A stretch of DNA of 64,000 bases from Mobula hypostoma. Taxonomy: Eukaryota. This document shows, in pieces, positions 1 to 12,159 of this stretch. A model generated the notes under the pieces. The model saw nothing but the letters and a program-made list of their open reading frames with translations. It did no database searches and was not told the origin of the DNA. Position 1 is the stretch's first letter. The number at the start of each line of letters is the position of its first letter. Both the position numbers and the translations under genes were made by a program. The stretch spans positions 50,966,001 through 51,030,000 of the forward strand of contig NC_086097.1 of NCBI RefSeq assembly GCF_963921235.1, in the 5' to 3' direction.

Positions 1-167
1 ACAAGGCAACACTGCAAAAACAAACACAGACAGGGACAGCCATTTGTCTCCTCTCATCCAAAAAAATCTGCAGTCTCTTGGAAAAATTCTCTTACAACTA
101 TGTTTTTTGATTTCACTGCTCCAACAGAAAAGTTTCAAGTAACCTTTATGACATTACTCTTAATCAT

Positions 168-299
168 CCCTTGAGTAAATACCTCTTTTAATATTAAAAA
201 TAGTCAAATCTAAATATTGTGCTGCTCTTTAACCAGCCCTTGAGTAAATACCCCTTTCAATACTAAAAATAATCAAAACTAAATAGTGTGCTGCTCTTT
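168..299. repeat. Two-copy tandem duplication, unit about 69 bp
   Basis: cccttgagtaaatacc...gctgctcttt occurs at about 168-230 and 237-299 with several substitutions. Confidence 0.85.
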
Positions 300-859
300 C
301 TATCACTGTTTTAATATACTATTTTGCAAACTATCTTACTTATTTAGCTATACAAAATTTCTATTTCTTTGCTAAATACTGTTACATAGTCAACTTTAGC
401 CAGCCTCAGTTGACCAACTTAATTTCTACTTCCAAAACATAAACTCTATATACAAAATCAGACTAAAATTACCCAGGATCCTGTTTATTTCCAACCAGTA
501 TCTAACCATTCTCAATTCCCCATTCAGTTCTGAACAATAGTTTCTTGGAATCCAGTTAATTTCTTTCACTTTTCTGGATTAAATCCTGCATTTCCACAGT
601 GGTAACAGCATACCATGTAATCTTACACGCCAGTCTTTACTGACGAGCCACCTCAAAAATCTAGCAAAATTGTTAGTTTTTCCAACTCACTTAAAAAAAT
701 GAAGTTAGATGTCTAAATATTTAAGCTTTGAGAGAGTACCTATTGTGATACCCCCTTAGGCAGTATATTCCAAATCCAACCGCTGAGTTTAAAAAAATCC
801 TCTGTTCCCTGCTAAAGCTCTTGTCCCTTAATCTAAATTTACTCGTCTACTTTTGGACA

Positions 860-1290
860 CTTCTGCTATCAGAAGCTTCCTACTATCAACTTTAAAAAAT
901 GTCCCTCAGGTCTGTAAATTTCCATCAGCCTCATTGACTCCAAGGAGAACAGACTCAGCCTTTCCTTATAAATGAAGCACTCCTCCCAGGCAACATCCCA
1001 GGGAAATTCTACCGCACCCTCAAGTGTGGTCATAGACTTCCGATAATATGACAGTTAAAACGGTACAGGACTCCAGTGTCACCTTAAAAATGTTTTATAA
1101 ACTCGTACTACAACTTCTCTCAATATATGTAGTGTCCTGGCCAACGATGACAAATATCCATATGACTTCTATGTTGCTCCATCTCCATTGATCCTTGGAT
1201 TTGCACACCAAGATCCTTCTGACTTTGCTATCAATTCCTAACCCTTACTAATTCATCCAAAGTGCATCATCTTGCAATTATGAGGAATAC
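860..1290 (-). mobile_element. Old CR1 LINE 3' fragment
   Basis: Decayed similarity to the better-preserved minus-strand CR1 copies in this window (ccaggcaacatcc..., ttgcacaccaagatccttctg). Confidence 0.55.
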
Positions 1291-1294
1291 TGCA

Positions 1295-2410
1295 CACTTG
1301 TCCTGACAGAAACGTGGCTCCAGGACACCGCTGTTTATCTAGAAGATCTAGTCTCCTTTCGTGCAGACAGAATTGCTGCGACCTCCATAAAGACCCACGG
1401 AAGAAGTCTGTGCATCAATAAGAACTTGTGTGTGAATTCCTCAGTAGTAGGGCCCACTGCTCACCGCAAATAAGAGTTTTTAAATGGTGAAGTACAGACC
1501 CTTCTAATTCCGAGGGAGTTCACTCCCATGTGACTGTTGTTGTTGTTTACATCTCTGCTTGTGCTGGGGAAGGGCTGCAGCAGCTCTTCGGACCTCCAGA
1601 CTCAAAAACAGTTATTTTACCAAGCAGTCAGACTGATCAATACCCAGTTACCTGTTGCTGCAAGAATGAAGTCACTGGAGAAAGATACTGGTAGATTCAA
1701 AAGAGTGTCTTTATTCAACAAAACCAGGTATAGCAGGCATCATATGAGATACTACTTGGGCAGCGATTTGTTGGAAAAGTGATAGACTGCAGGACGTACA
1801 CCACAGTCTATTCGGCTATTTAAAAAATATTTTTGTATGCAATTATATATATTTGCCTTGAATATTAGCATAACATCACTACCTACAGAAAACATCCTAT
1901 CTGGATGCCTCACACTCCTATGGTAATCGCTCTGCCCGTGATGGCAAAAAAATTTCGGAAAGTTGTGGACACAGTTCAGTCCATCACAAAAACCAACCTC
2001 TTCCCCTTGGATTCTGTCGTTACCTCATTTCTTCAGAAAAGTAGCCAACATAAACAATAACCCTTCACACCCTGAACAATCTCTCTTTCCACCCACCCCC
2101 TTCATCGGGCAGAAGATACAAGGCTAGAAAACATGCACCATCAGGCTCCAGGACAGCTTCTATCCCACTGTTACAAAACCCTGAACATTGAAGATAAACT
2201 CTTGACCACACAACTTACCTCATCATGATCCTTGCACCCTAATCTCTACCTGCACTGTGTTTTCTCTGTAACTGTAACACTATATTCTGTATTCTGTTCA
2301 TGTTTCTCCCTTGTATCACCCTGATGTATTTGTCCTGAAATTGTATATCGATGGCTTAAGAAATGAAGTTTTTCCACTGCATATTGGTACGTGACAATAA
2401 TAAATCAATT
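1295..2410 (+). mobile_element. Rex1/Babar LINE fragments (endonuclease piece plus two 3' ends)
   Basis: LTETWL, FRADR and RPF-x-PREFT remnants at 1300-1530. Rex1-type C-terminal remnants at 1590-1640 and 1880-2180. Tail ends ...gacaataataaa. Confidence 0.65.
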
Positions 2411-2473
2411 CTGTTTTAGTTACTGACAAGAAATGCTTAACATTCAGTAAATTCAGAGACACTATTGTCCTAC

Positions 2474-2529
2474 CTGCAACGTTTCCCTGCACACATAAGC
2501 TATCTGCAGTTCTGACAGTGGTCCTGTTA
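2474..2529 (-). CDS. MAP4K5: MAP4K5-like kinase coding exon (56 bp): (V)TGPLSELQIAYVCRETLQ
   Basis: Minus strand reads ttttccag|TAACAGGA...TTGCAG|gtagga and continues the frame. IAYVCRETLQ is MAP4K5-like. I did not find the next exon (HRDIK) in the window. Confidence 0.95.
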
Positions 2530-2967
2530 CTGGAAAAGCAGAACACTCATTAGATAATAATGCATTAGTTAACTTTAAGTTCCAAGGTTCTGAATAATTC
2601 AAATAAACTCAACTTGTCCAGCTTTCCCTGCAGCTTTAACATCATTTTTTGTTTCCTGTTCAGTTCTGAACAAGGATCTCTGACCTTAAATGTTAGCTTG
2701 ATTTCTCTTTTCACAGAAACATAAAATTCAGCAGGTCAGGCTGCATTTAAGTCTTGTTTTGTCTCATTCAATTATTTCTGTTTCTTAAATATGCATGCAA
2801 ATTGGAAATAAAAACATGCTTGAATTGACAGATTCCAGAAAGATGAAAGACAAAGAAGGTGGCTGTTCAGACACTCAACCTGTTCACACCTGTGATACAC
2901 TCACCATCAATAAGAAAAGAGAACGACTTCTGCATGAGTAACCACAATGAAGAATAAGGCACCATGG

Positions 2968-3171
2968 TTTTGAACACAAACATGCAAATGTTGCTATTTT
3001 AAAAACTTTCTCTCCAGCTGTCATTCAGTACTCCTTACTCTGACACCACACTCTTTACATTAACTAGGGGAATAGTTAATGTAAAGAGTGTGGTGTCTGA
3101 GTAAGGAGTACTGAATGACAGCTGGAGATAAAGTTTTTAAAATAGCAACATTTGCATGTTTGTGTTCAAAA
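2968..3171. repeat. Near-perfect palindrome: 99-bp arms with a 6-nt loop
   Basis: 2968-3066 is the reverse complement of 3073-3171 with 2 mismatches by eye. The loop is GGGGAA. Confidence 0.95.
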
Positions 3172-3184
3172 ACACAAAGGAGAA

Positions 3185-3861
3185 GGATGAGAAGATGGCG
3201 ACGCGACACAGCGCGCGCGGCCGCTCTGGAATGATACCTGTATTTGTTTAGTAGGGTACCGTGAACAATTCTGATTTGATGGAGACAGACGTGAGAGCGC
3301 GGAGGAACATTTGGAGAAACTTCTGAAATGCCCGCTTCGCTGCCGCTGCCGCTGCTACTGCGTGATCCGGAATCTCTGGAGGAGTAGGTCTCTGAGTCCT
3401 CAGCTTTGCTTGTTTTGACGGCCGGGACAAGGTCGAAGGCGCTCGGCAAAGGATGGCGCTCCGGAGGCTGTATCGGAGGGGCTGGTTGGAGGCTCGAGGT
3501 TTTTGGACGGACTCAGTCGGCTGTGGTCGGGTGCTTCCAAGGCATCGGCAGTTGTCAGTGCCTGGAGGTTTATGGCAGGGAGTTTCTCCCTTTTTGCCAC
3601 CTGCTATCGGGGACTATAAGAGTCAATCAGGACTTGAGATTTTTTTTACCGTACTCCTGGTCTGTTCTTTATCAAATTATGGTATTGTTCTGCACTGCTG
3701 TAACTATATGTTATAATTATGTGCTTTTGTCAGTGTTAGTCTTTGGTTTGTCCTGTTTTCTGTGATATCACTCTGGAGGAATATTGTATCATTTCTTAAT
3801 GCATGTATACATTTCTAAATGACAATAAACGAGGACTGACTGTCCTCATAATCTAATCTAA
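3185..3861 (+). mobile_element. CpG-rich non-autonomous retroelement with a Rex1-like 3' tail
   Basis: Starts near AAGATGGCG, has a CpG-rich body and no recognisable ORF. It ends GACAATAAA, a small hairpin (GAGGAC...GTCCTC) and (AATCT)n. Confidence 0.6.
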
Positions 3862-4149
3862 GTCTTATCTAAAAGCAGCAATTTTTGTCAATGATGGCTG
3901 ATGCAAAATAAGCAAACGGATTTCGTAATAGGGAATAAATTTGAATTTGTAGCTAAAAAAAAAAGGGAAATATCTGGGCATACTGACCATAACATAATGA
4001 TTTAAGATGATAATTAGACACACAAGGATGACAAATTCCTAGATAGCAGATGAGGAAAGTAACTGATTTTTATACAGCTTTTTGGAAGTACATAATTTTC
4101 ATAAATCTTCAAAAGGTGATACCTCAAAATGGCAGCATCTATCATTTAG

Positions 4150-4435
4150 AACGTGCTACCACCCAAGACATACCATCTTCGCATTACTACCATCAAGAAT
4201 GGGGTACAGGAGAGTGAAGACAAATTCAATGCTTTAGGAAAAGCTTCTTCTCCTTCTTCATATTTATGGGTGGTCCATGAAACCATCCATGAACACTACT
4301 TTATTATTTTGCTCTCTTTTTGCACTTTTTTAAAAAATATTTCTTATTGTAACTTAGTTTATGTATTACACTGTACTACTGCCACAAAACAACAAATTTC
4401 ATGACATACATTATTGATAATAAACCTAATTCTAA
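4150..4435 (+). mobile_element. Rex1/Babar 3' end fragment
   Basis: Similar to the 3' ends at 11040-11285 and 49540-49790 (cattactaccatc..., ctgccacaaaacaacaaatttcatgaca, aataaacc). Confidence 0.65.
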
Positions 4436-4780
4436 TTCCATTGTAAAAGAAGAGATTAAACAGATTAAGAGAGCACACTGAGATCAGAAGAATGGAGGTG
4501 ATTTTATTGAAGGATATAAAAATCTGAAGGCTAAATGTGGAATTGATTATTTCCCCCAGCAAGAGTATTTAAAACCAGCAATCACCGTCTCATAAAAGGT
4601 TAAAAGAAATTTCTTCATCCTCAAATCTTTGGAATTCTCTTCTCAAAAAGGAACAAAAGTCCCCCAAAGGTTCCATCACAAAGATTGCTAAGATTTTTTG
4701 ATAATAAGAAAGCTGAAGAGTGATCTCAGGGGCATTTAAGATTATAAAATATTTTTTATAAGGCAGTTACAAAGACCATA

Positions 4781-6558
4781 CAATGGATTCTGGTCAACTG
4801 GGACACAATGGGACCAGTACATTCTGGCCTAATTAAGCAGCTGTCCTAATTAGCCGAAGTTTCATGGAAATAGTTAAAGGTATAAAAAAAACTTCATTGC
4901 ACTCAATTTCCACTTTTGCCAGTAGCTGCTGTGTTTCCTCCATCTGGTCAAAGAGCAGGACTATGTTATCTGCAAAATCGAGATCTGTGAGCGGTAACTG
5001 GTCTGACCCTTTTGGTTCGTCCTGGTTTTATGGTGAAACCAAGCTTGCCATGATCTTTGGTAGCTTGACATACCGTGTAATCAAAGACGATTATAAAGAT
5101 GTAGGGTGCTAGCTGCTGGTGTCCTTGCAGCACACCAGCTAGGAGCTCGAACACTGCTGTTTCTCTCTCTGGTGATACAACTTTCCCCATGGTTTTGGTA
5201 TAGATGGACACTATTGCTCCATTCTCGATTTTGCAGATGACATAGTCCTGCTCTCGGACCAGATGGGGGAAGCACAGCAGCTACTGACAAAAGTGGAAAT
5301 TGAGTGCAATAAAGTTGGACCACCTAAACGCTAAAAAGACAGAGTACATGGCATTTAACTGCGACGAAGGTACTCTCAAGACCGTAAAGAATGATACCAA
5401 AAAGAAAGTCTTTGACTACAAGTATCTAGGGCCAAGAATGATGAGATCAGAGAAGGACATAAAGATACAGAAGGCGCTGGCGTGGAGGGCTATGAACGAC
5501 ATGAAGGAAATCTGGAAGGTGAACCTAACCAGAGGGCTTAAAAAGATCTTCATAGCAGTCATAGAGTCCATTCTCACATACAGTTGCAAGATGTGGACAC
5601 TCACCAAGACTATGCGAAAGTCTCTAGATGGCTGCTATACACGAATGCTCCGGATGGTTCTTGACGTGAGTTGGCAACAGCACATGACAAACGTTGAGCT
5701 CTATGGCGACCCACCGATGCTCACCACTAACACTGAGGCAAGAAGACTGCAACTAGCGGGGCACTGTCTTCACCACCCCGAGCTACCTGCCAGCCTAGTC
5801 ATCATATGGGAGCCCAAGAACGGGAGGATGAACCCTGGGCGCCCTCCCAAGACTATGGTCAACACGCTCCTGGAAGACAGTGGCGCAGTTAATGTAGATG
5901 AACTGAACGCACTGATGAGGGAGAGGGAGAAGTGGAGAGTCCGTCATTGTGCCCGCAGTGGTGGTGGCGTATAAAAAGACAAACTGAGTAACAAATTATG
6001 TATTTAAATGAAATACAGAACAAATTAGAACACTACCTATACTACAATAGTACTATAAAACTCTATAGTTCCTAACAGTTATCAGAGGAATTCATCCTCT
6101 GTACACTGCCATGTTCTTTCGATTGACCGTAAATGAACAAAATCAGTGCCAGTAATCGATAATCTTCATTTTCATTGCAGCATTCAAGATAATTGTCGAT
6201 AGCTTCAAATCCATCATAGTTCCTAACTTGAAGTATTGAAATTTTATCAGTTTTGAAACAGTTACGAATTGTCTTACTGCTTATTTCTCATCAACCAGTG
6301 ACAAACATGCAATTATTGCTATTTAAAAACTGCTTGTTCTAAGCATAGTGCAGCATCCAACGGCTACACAAGTGCATGCAACTGCTAGTAGTTAGAAGCT
6401 GTTGGCACCAGCCTCCGGTCCCAATAAAGTGGCATATTATCCCAAATAGATGAAGGGAACCATGGCTATTTTCTCAATTAGTCTTCTTTCTTTAAGAATT
6501 GTCCCAAATAAACAGCTGACCCAAATAGCTGATGGTTCAATGAACTGGAAATCCACTG
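4781..6558. mobile_element. Non-autonomous Tc1/mariner (pogo/Tigger-like) DNA transposon, interrupted by an RTE
   Basis: TA|CAATGGATTC...AAATCCACTG|TA gives TIRs plus a TA TSD. An opposite-orientation relative lies at 27866-28805. Confidence 0.75.
4889..5968 (+). mobile_element. 5'-truncated, 5'-inverted RTE-clade LINE
   Basis: The plus part (5223-5968) encodes LDFADDIVLL and the RT C-terminal region (ORF 5300-5974). The minus part (4891 to about 5222) encodes the upstream RT motif GVLQG..LAPYIFIIV. TSD GTATAAAAA at 4880-4888 and 5969-5977. Tail is (GTG)n. Confidence 0.85.
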
Positions 6559-7589
6559 TATTTCCATTTGAGGGGAAGAGAATCACTGGAAGCTATCAAT
6601 GCAGGAAAGTCACCCAAAAATTCAACAGGAAATTCAGAGGAAACTTCTTTACACAGGAATGGTGAAAATGACAGGGAGTGATTGAAATAGCTTTGATGCA
6701 TTTTAAGGGGCTGTCTAGAGTTGAGACAAAGAGCTACATTAACAGATTTAGATGATTAAAGACATGAGGCAGCTCAACTGAAGTACAAGCACCAGCAAGA
6801 TCTAGGTGGGTAAAATGGTTTGTTTCCAAGTTCCACATTGGTGTAATTGCCTCTCCCTGCAAACTTTCAAACTAATTAATTCTATAACCAGAGGAGGGTG
6901 GAAGAACAGATAGAAAACTGATATTTTATCATGAAGGAGAAAATAATCTCAATTATCTAGTACTACATATAAACAAAACAATTGAGTTGTATTCTATACA
7001 AAAATATAACGGTGAGATGGGGAAAATTAGATGAAAATATGATCACAAAGTAAGAAGACACAAAACAGAAAATAATTAAACATTAAACTTGAAATCAGGA
7101 AATATGCATTATCAAGAGAAAGGTATCTGAGAGGACCCTGGAAATTTTCAATCATCATCATGGTGGGCATTCCATAACACCTCTGCTCAAAAAGGTATAA
7201 CCAGTTAGTTAATTTGTACACAATTCATATTCAATTTTATAGGTATTCTAGAGCAATTATCATTCCAGTTACATAATCATCTTTTGCACTGGGCAAACAA
7301 AGTGGGGCAAAATAAAGAAATAAACAATGAAAATCATCAACTGAACCTCCATAAAGCAAAGGGCAACGTGGCATTTATATAGAAACCAAACAGAAATGGT
7401 TCTAGTCAATTCACAAGAAAAACATCTTTGTAGCACTAAGCCAATCAATCATCATCTTAGTGATGTTGGGGAAGTATTTTGGGTGCAAGTCACTTCCAAC
7501 ACTCAAAAAACATTAATGCCTTTTATTAAAGCAAATGCTGCTTTACCTGTGCACTGTCAGAATTCACAGAGGGGTTTCTTTCATTCATC

Positions 7590-8652
7590 AGCTCAGTGGT
7601 AGAAGCAGAGATTGGTAGTTGAAGGTTGTTTATTGAAATGAAGGCAATTGACTCGTGGTGTACCACAGAGATTGGTGTTGGGACTTCTGTCATTCATTAG
7701 TTATATACAGTAAATGATTTGGATGCAAATGCACAAGGGTCAATGCACAAGTGCAAATATGCAAGTTTGCAAATAACATGAAATTAGGGTGTGATGTTGC
7801 TAGTGAAGGCTGTCATCGTAGATTACAGGGGGGTCTTGGCCCAACTTCCCTAACCGGTCAAGGAGTGGCAAATGGATTTCAATATAGGTAAGCATGAGGT
7901 GATGGATTTTGGAAAATCAACTCAGCATAGGGCTTGTACTAGGAATACTAGAGCACTAGTGTAATGGAATATTTAAGGATTACAGGTGCCCAGTTCGATG
8001 AGAATGACACAGGTAGATAGGATGATGAAAATGGTGTTCAGCACACCAGCCTTTATCAATCAGGACCTTGAGCATAAGAATCTAGACATTATGCTGCAGA
8101 TGTTTAAATCATTGTTGAGGTCACACAGAGTATTGTGTACCAATGTGTTCACACTGCTTAGGAAAGATAACACTAAACTGGAAGAGTGCAGAAAAGATTT
8201 ACAAGAACAAGAGGGTCTGAATTATAGAGGCTAGGCTAGTTCATTATTCCTTGGAATGTATGAGAATGGGGATGACCTTAAAGAATCATTTAAAATTATG
8301 TAAGGCATAGATAAAGGTGATGATGCCTTTTCCCCAGGGTCGGGGAGTCCAAAACTAGTGGCACAGATTAGGGTAGGAAGGGAAAGATGAAAAAGGGACT
8401 GAGGGGCAACTTTTTCCATGGAGAGAATGGTGAATATATGAAATGAGCTGTCACAAGATGCAGTTGAGGCAGGTACTACAGTATAATTTAAAACACATTT
8501 ACATAGGTACATGGGGTGGAGAGTAGAGGGCAAGGTTTAGACAGACGTGGACTGAACAGTAGGAATTGTGACTAGTTAGGTGGGCACTGTGGTTGCCATG
8601 GACTTGTCGGGCCTAAGGGATGCATCTGTGCTGTAATACTCTATAACTATGA
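7590..8652 (+). mobile_element. Decayed CR1 LINE 3' portion
   Basis: RT remnants (SGVPQ-like, INDLD) and a CR1-type 3' UTR ending gctgtaatactctataactatgac. Confidence 0.75.
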
Positions 8653-8858
8653 CAATAGTCAAGATTCAAGATTGTTTAACATCACTGAAGGACAATTACT
8701 ATTACAAATATAACCAAAGCATAAGGAGCATCTTGGATCAAGATAAATGATAAGAAATAGCAGCTATCACTGTGGATGGTCTGTGACAAGGAACCAAGGA
8801 AGTTGACGAGTTGCTTATAAATGGGGAAAACAAAACTATGAAAACTCAAGCAACATAC

Positions 8859-8923
8859 CATGGTATATATCCTGAAGGGATCCACCCCCACAGTATTCCA
8901 TACAGATCCATAGCTTCTCACGG
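8859..8923 (-). CDS. MAP4K5: MAP4K5-like kinase coding exon (65 bp): (S)[21 protein letters not shown](V), hinge region
   Basis: Polypyrimidine tract and tag|CCGTGAG...TACCATG|gtatgt. Contains the Ste20 motif [12 protein letters not shown], and the phases match. Confidence 0.95.
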
Positions 8924-9559
8924 CTAAAAAAAGTAAAAAAAAACCCTTTTAGACAATATTACCATGAACATCATACAGTGTACTACTAGTTGTTTGAGAT
9001 AATGGGATAAACGGGATAAGTTAACAACACTAGAACACTAATAAATATTATTTTTTTAACGATGTTAAATGACAGTATGTATGAAAACTTAAAGCAAACC
9101 CAAAGAAAAAAGATCCACGAAGTAATAATAGAAAAAATATTTAATTGCTATCATTTGATTGAAAGAATTGAGTAAAAAAAATCCTAGGGCAAATGCCAAA
9201 TACCACATCCCCGCCCCCCCCCCCGTATTGTAAAGAAAAACTAATTCTTTTAATGTATACGTTGTATTTTTAAAATGTTTACTAACTCAATGCTTGTGTG
9301 CTCAATGCTCAATGCAATGTTTTGGAATGCTATAAATTGAACAGAAAATTAGGGTCATTAATCATGCTAATTTCTAAAAGCAAGACCAGCGCCTCAAAAA
9401 AAAATTCTGGTGAAAAATCAATAAACACAAGTTCAGTGAGAAAAGGCAATTCAATGTAGGAGGAGAGTTCTCCAATTTTTTTCGTTTTTGACAATTCATG
9501 CTTTTACTCCCAAAACTCTTCTTAATAGTGGCAAAGCCCAACAAGTTGTCGAAGTAATT

Positions 9560-11285
9560 TCTAATCAATCATTCTGTGGCTTATTCAAGACCAGTGATCC
9601 CCAACTCTACAAGATGTCCAGGTACAATCAACAGGTCATCTTGAGAGTGAAAAGGCAATTCCATGTAAAGTTAGACACACAATCAGAAGCATGACAGCTG
9701 TGGCAGGGCTGGCATGCAATTACTTCCTAGAAGGTGAAACCTAACAGTATAAATGGCAGTGCTGCTTCACTACCCAATGACCCCAATGCCTTTTATGTAC
9801 ATTTTGAAAGGGAGAATAACACTACATCTGTGAGAATTCCTACAGAATCTGGCAATGCTGTAATTTGTCAACCCTGTAATCTGTCTCAGAGGCCAAAGTC
9901 ACAATATCTGTCAAGAGGGTGAAACTTCATAAGGCACCAGGCTCCGTCACTGTACCTGGCTACCCGGCAGCGTACTGACAATCTGTGATGACCAAATACC
10001 TGGAGTGTTCAAGGGCATCCTGCTGCAGTCAGAGGTTTCAAACTGCTTCAGAAGGGCATCATACTAATGGTCAAGAACAAGATAAGCTGCTTCAACAACC
10101 ACTGCCTTGTAGCGCTCATATCTTATCTGAAGAAGTACTTTGAGAGGTTGATCACGGCTGAAATGAACTCCTGCTTGAGTAATGGTGTGGCGCTACTGCA
10201 ATTTGCCTACCACCACAATAGGTCTACAGCAAATGCAATCTCACTGGCTCTCCACTGAACATTGGATAACAACAAAGCATACGTCAGGGTGCTGCTTATC
10301 AATTACAGCTTGACGTTCAATACTCACCATCTCCTCAGCACTAATCAATGTTTCAAAACCTGGGCCTCTGTACATGTCTTTGCAACTGGTAACATCTCCT
10401 CCTCACTGACCAACACAGATGCACAGAACAGCCCACTGCTCTACTCTCTCTACATTCATGACTAGGCACTGCTCAAACACCATCTATAAATTTCCTGATG
10501 GTGCCACTGTTTTTGGCAGAAACTCAAATGACAAAGAGGCATCAAACAGGAGTGAGATAGGCCTACTAGTTCAATGGTTTGCAACAACAGCCTTACAGTC
10601 CACAGAAAAACTAAAGAAATGGTTAGGAACTTCCAAAAGGGGAAATTGAGAGAATGGACACCAGTTCTCATTGAAGGGTCAGCAGTGGAAAGGGTGAGCA
10701 GCTTCAAGTTCCTGGGTGTCAAGCTCTCAAAGGATCTATCATAGGCCAAATACATGCATGCAATCTCAAGGAAACACTGGCACCTATACTTCACTAGAGG
10801 TTTGAGGAGATTTGGTAGGTCAAAGACTTCAGCAAATTTCTAAATATGTATGTCGAAATCATTCTGACTAGTTACATTATTGCCTGATATGAAGTCCCCA
10901 ATGTGCAGGATCAAAAGAGGCTGCAAAACTGTAGCCTCAGCTAGCTCCATCACAAACACAGGCCCAACCCTTCACATCATTGAGGACATCTTCAAAAGGC
11001 AGTGTCGCAAGATGGGGCATCCATTATTTTGGACCCTCACCATCTAGGACATGCTCTCCTCTCATTACTACCATCAGGGAGGAGGAACAGGAGTTTGAAA
11101 ACCCACAATCAGTTCTAGGAACAATTTCTTCCCCTCTGCCATCATATTTCTAAACAGTCCATGAATACTACCTTGCTATTCCTTTTGGCACTATTTATTT
11201 TTGTAACTAAAATAATTATTTGTCTTGTATGGTACTGCTACAACAAAACATTTCATAACATAGTGACAATAAACGTCATTCTGAA
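9560..11285 (+). mobile_element. Decayed Rex1/Babar LINE (RT through 3' tail)
   Basis: LQFAYHHNRSTANAISLALH, YVRVLLINYSLTFNT, SPLLYSLY and VERVSSFKFLGV remnants with frameshifts. Tail gacaataaacgtcattctga. Confidence 0.85.
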
Positions 11286-12024
11286 AAGTGTAAGCAACTT
11301 GGTCAACAACCACTATCCCTACCCATTTTCCTCTTTCATAACAAGCATTATCATAATTTTATATAGTAAAATATTCCAATGTATTTCAGAGGGAAAAAAA
11401 TAAATTTAATCTAGGATGGGTGACTAGAAGCATGAAAACAAAAACAGATTTTAATGAGCATCTTAAAGGAGGTGTCATGGGGTAGCTAGGCCAAAGAGCA
11501 TATTTTCATTCTGGATGAGGAGACATAGGAAACTAATTCTGGGATTTAGAATGCAGTATATGACTGCACAACTGCGAAAGGAACAAGAAATAAAATAGGA
11601 TCCACAAGAAGTGTCCAAAGACGGTTACAAAGAAAACAAGTAAGACATGGAGTAATCTCAAAAGGTTAACTATTTTTAAAAACAGATTTTATATGCAAAT
11701 TAGGACTTGGGTGGTAGAAGATAGATGAATATATTTATTGAAGTGCAATATGGAAAGCTAAGCAACCAGCTAGAGGACTTCGGAATAAGAGAGCTCAGTA
11801 GTACCAGAGCAGCTGATGGGCAATTTAGCAGAGGTGATGTTATCCAAGTGAAAGTAGGCCATCTTGATAAACACCATCCAGAGAGACAGCACGCTCAATT
11901 TCTCTTTCATTCGTCCCACTAGACATGCCTATACACATACAATCATTATGCCAAAGTAGGAAATCTAATTTTTCACCTATATGAATCAAGTGTAATATTC
12001 AAACAAGTCTGATGTAGAAATTAA

Positions 12025-12159
12025 GTCCTGACGAAGGGTCTCGGCCTGAAATGTCGACTGCACCTCTTCCTAGAGATGCTGCCTGGCCTGCTGCGTTCAC
12101 CAGCAACTTTGATGTGTGTTGCTTGAATTTCCAGCATCCGCAGAACTCCTCTTGTTTGC
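12025..12159 (+). mobile_element. Solo Penelope pseudo-LTR fragment starting at a hammerhead motif
   Basis: Nearly identical to the 3' end of the element at 24265-26996. 11-bp TSD GTAGAAATTAA at 12014-12024 and 12160-12170. Confidence 0.85.

Noticed and set aside
3060..3765. ORFs and CpG island-like composition suggesting a promoter or nested gene
   Set aside because: Bounded by a retroelement-type tail with no protein motifs. A young repeat explains it better.
8682..8921. 79-aa ORF overlapping a kinase exon
   Set aside because: Wrong frame. The real exon is 8859-8923, defined by splice sites.
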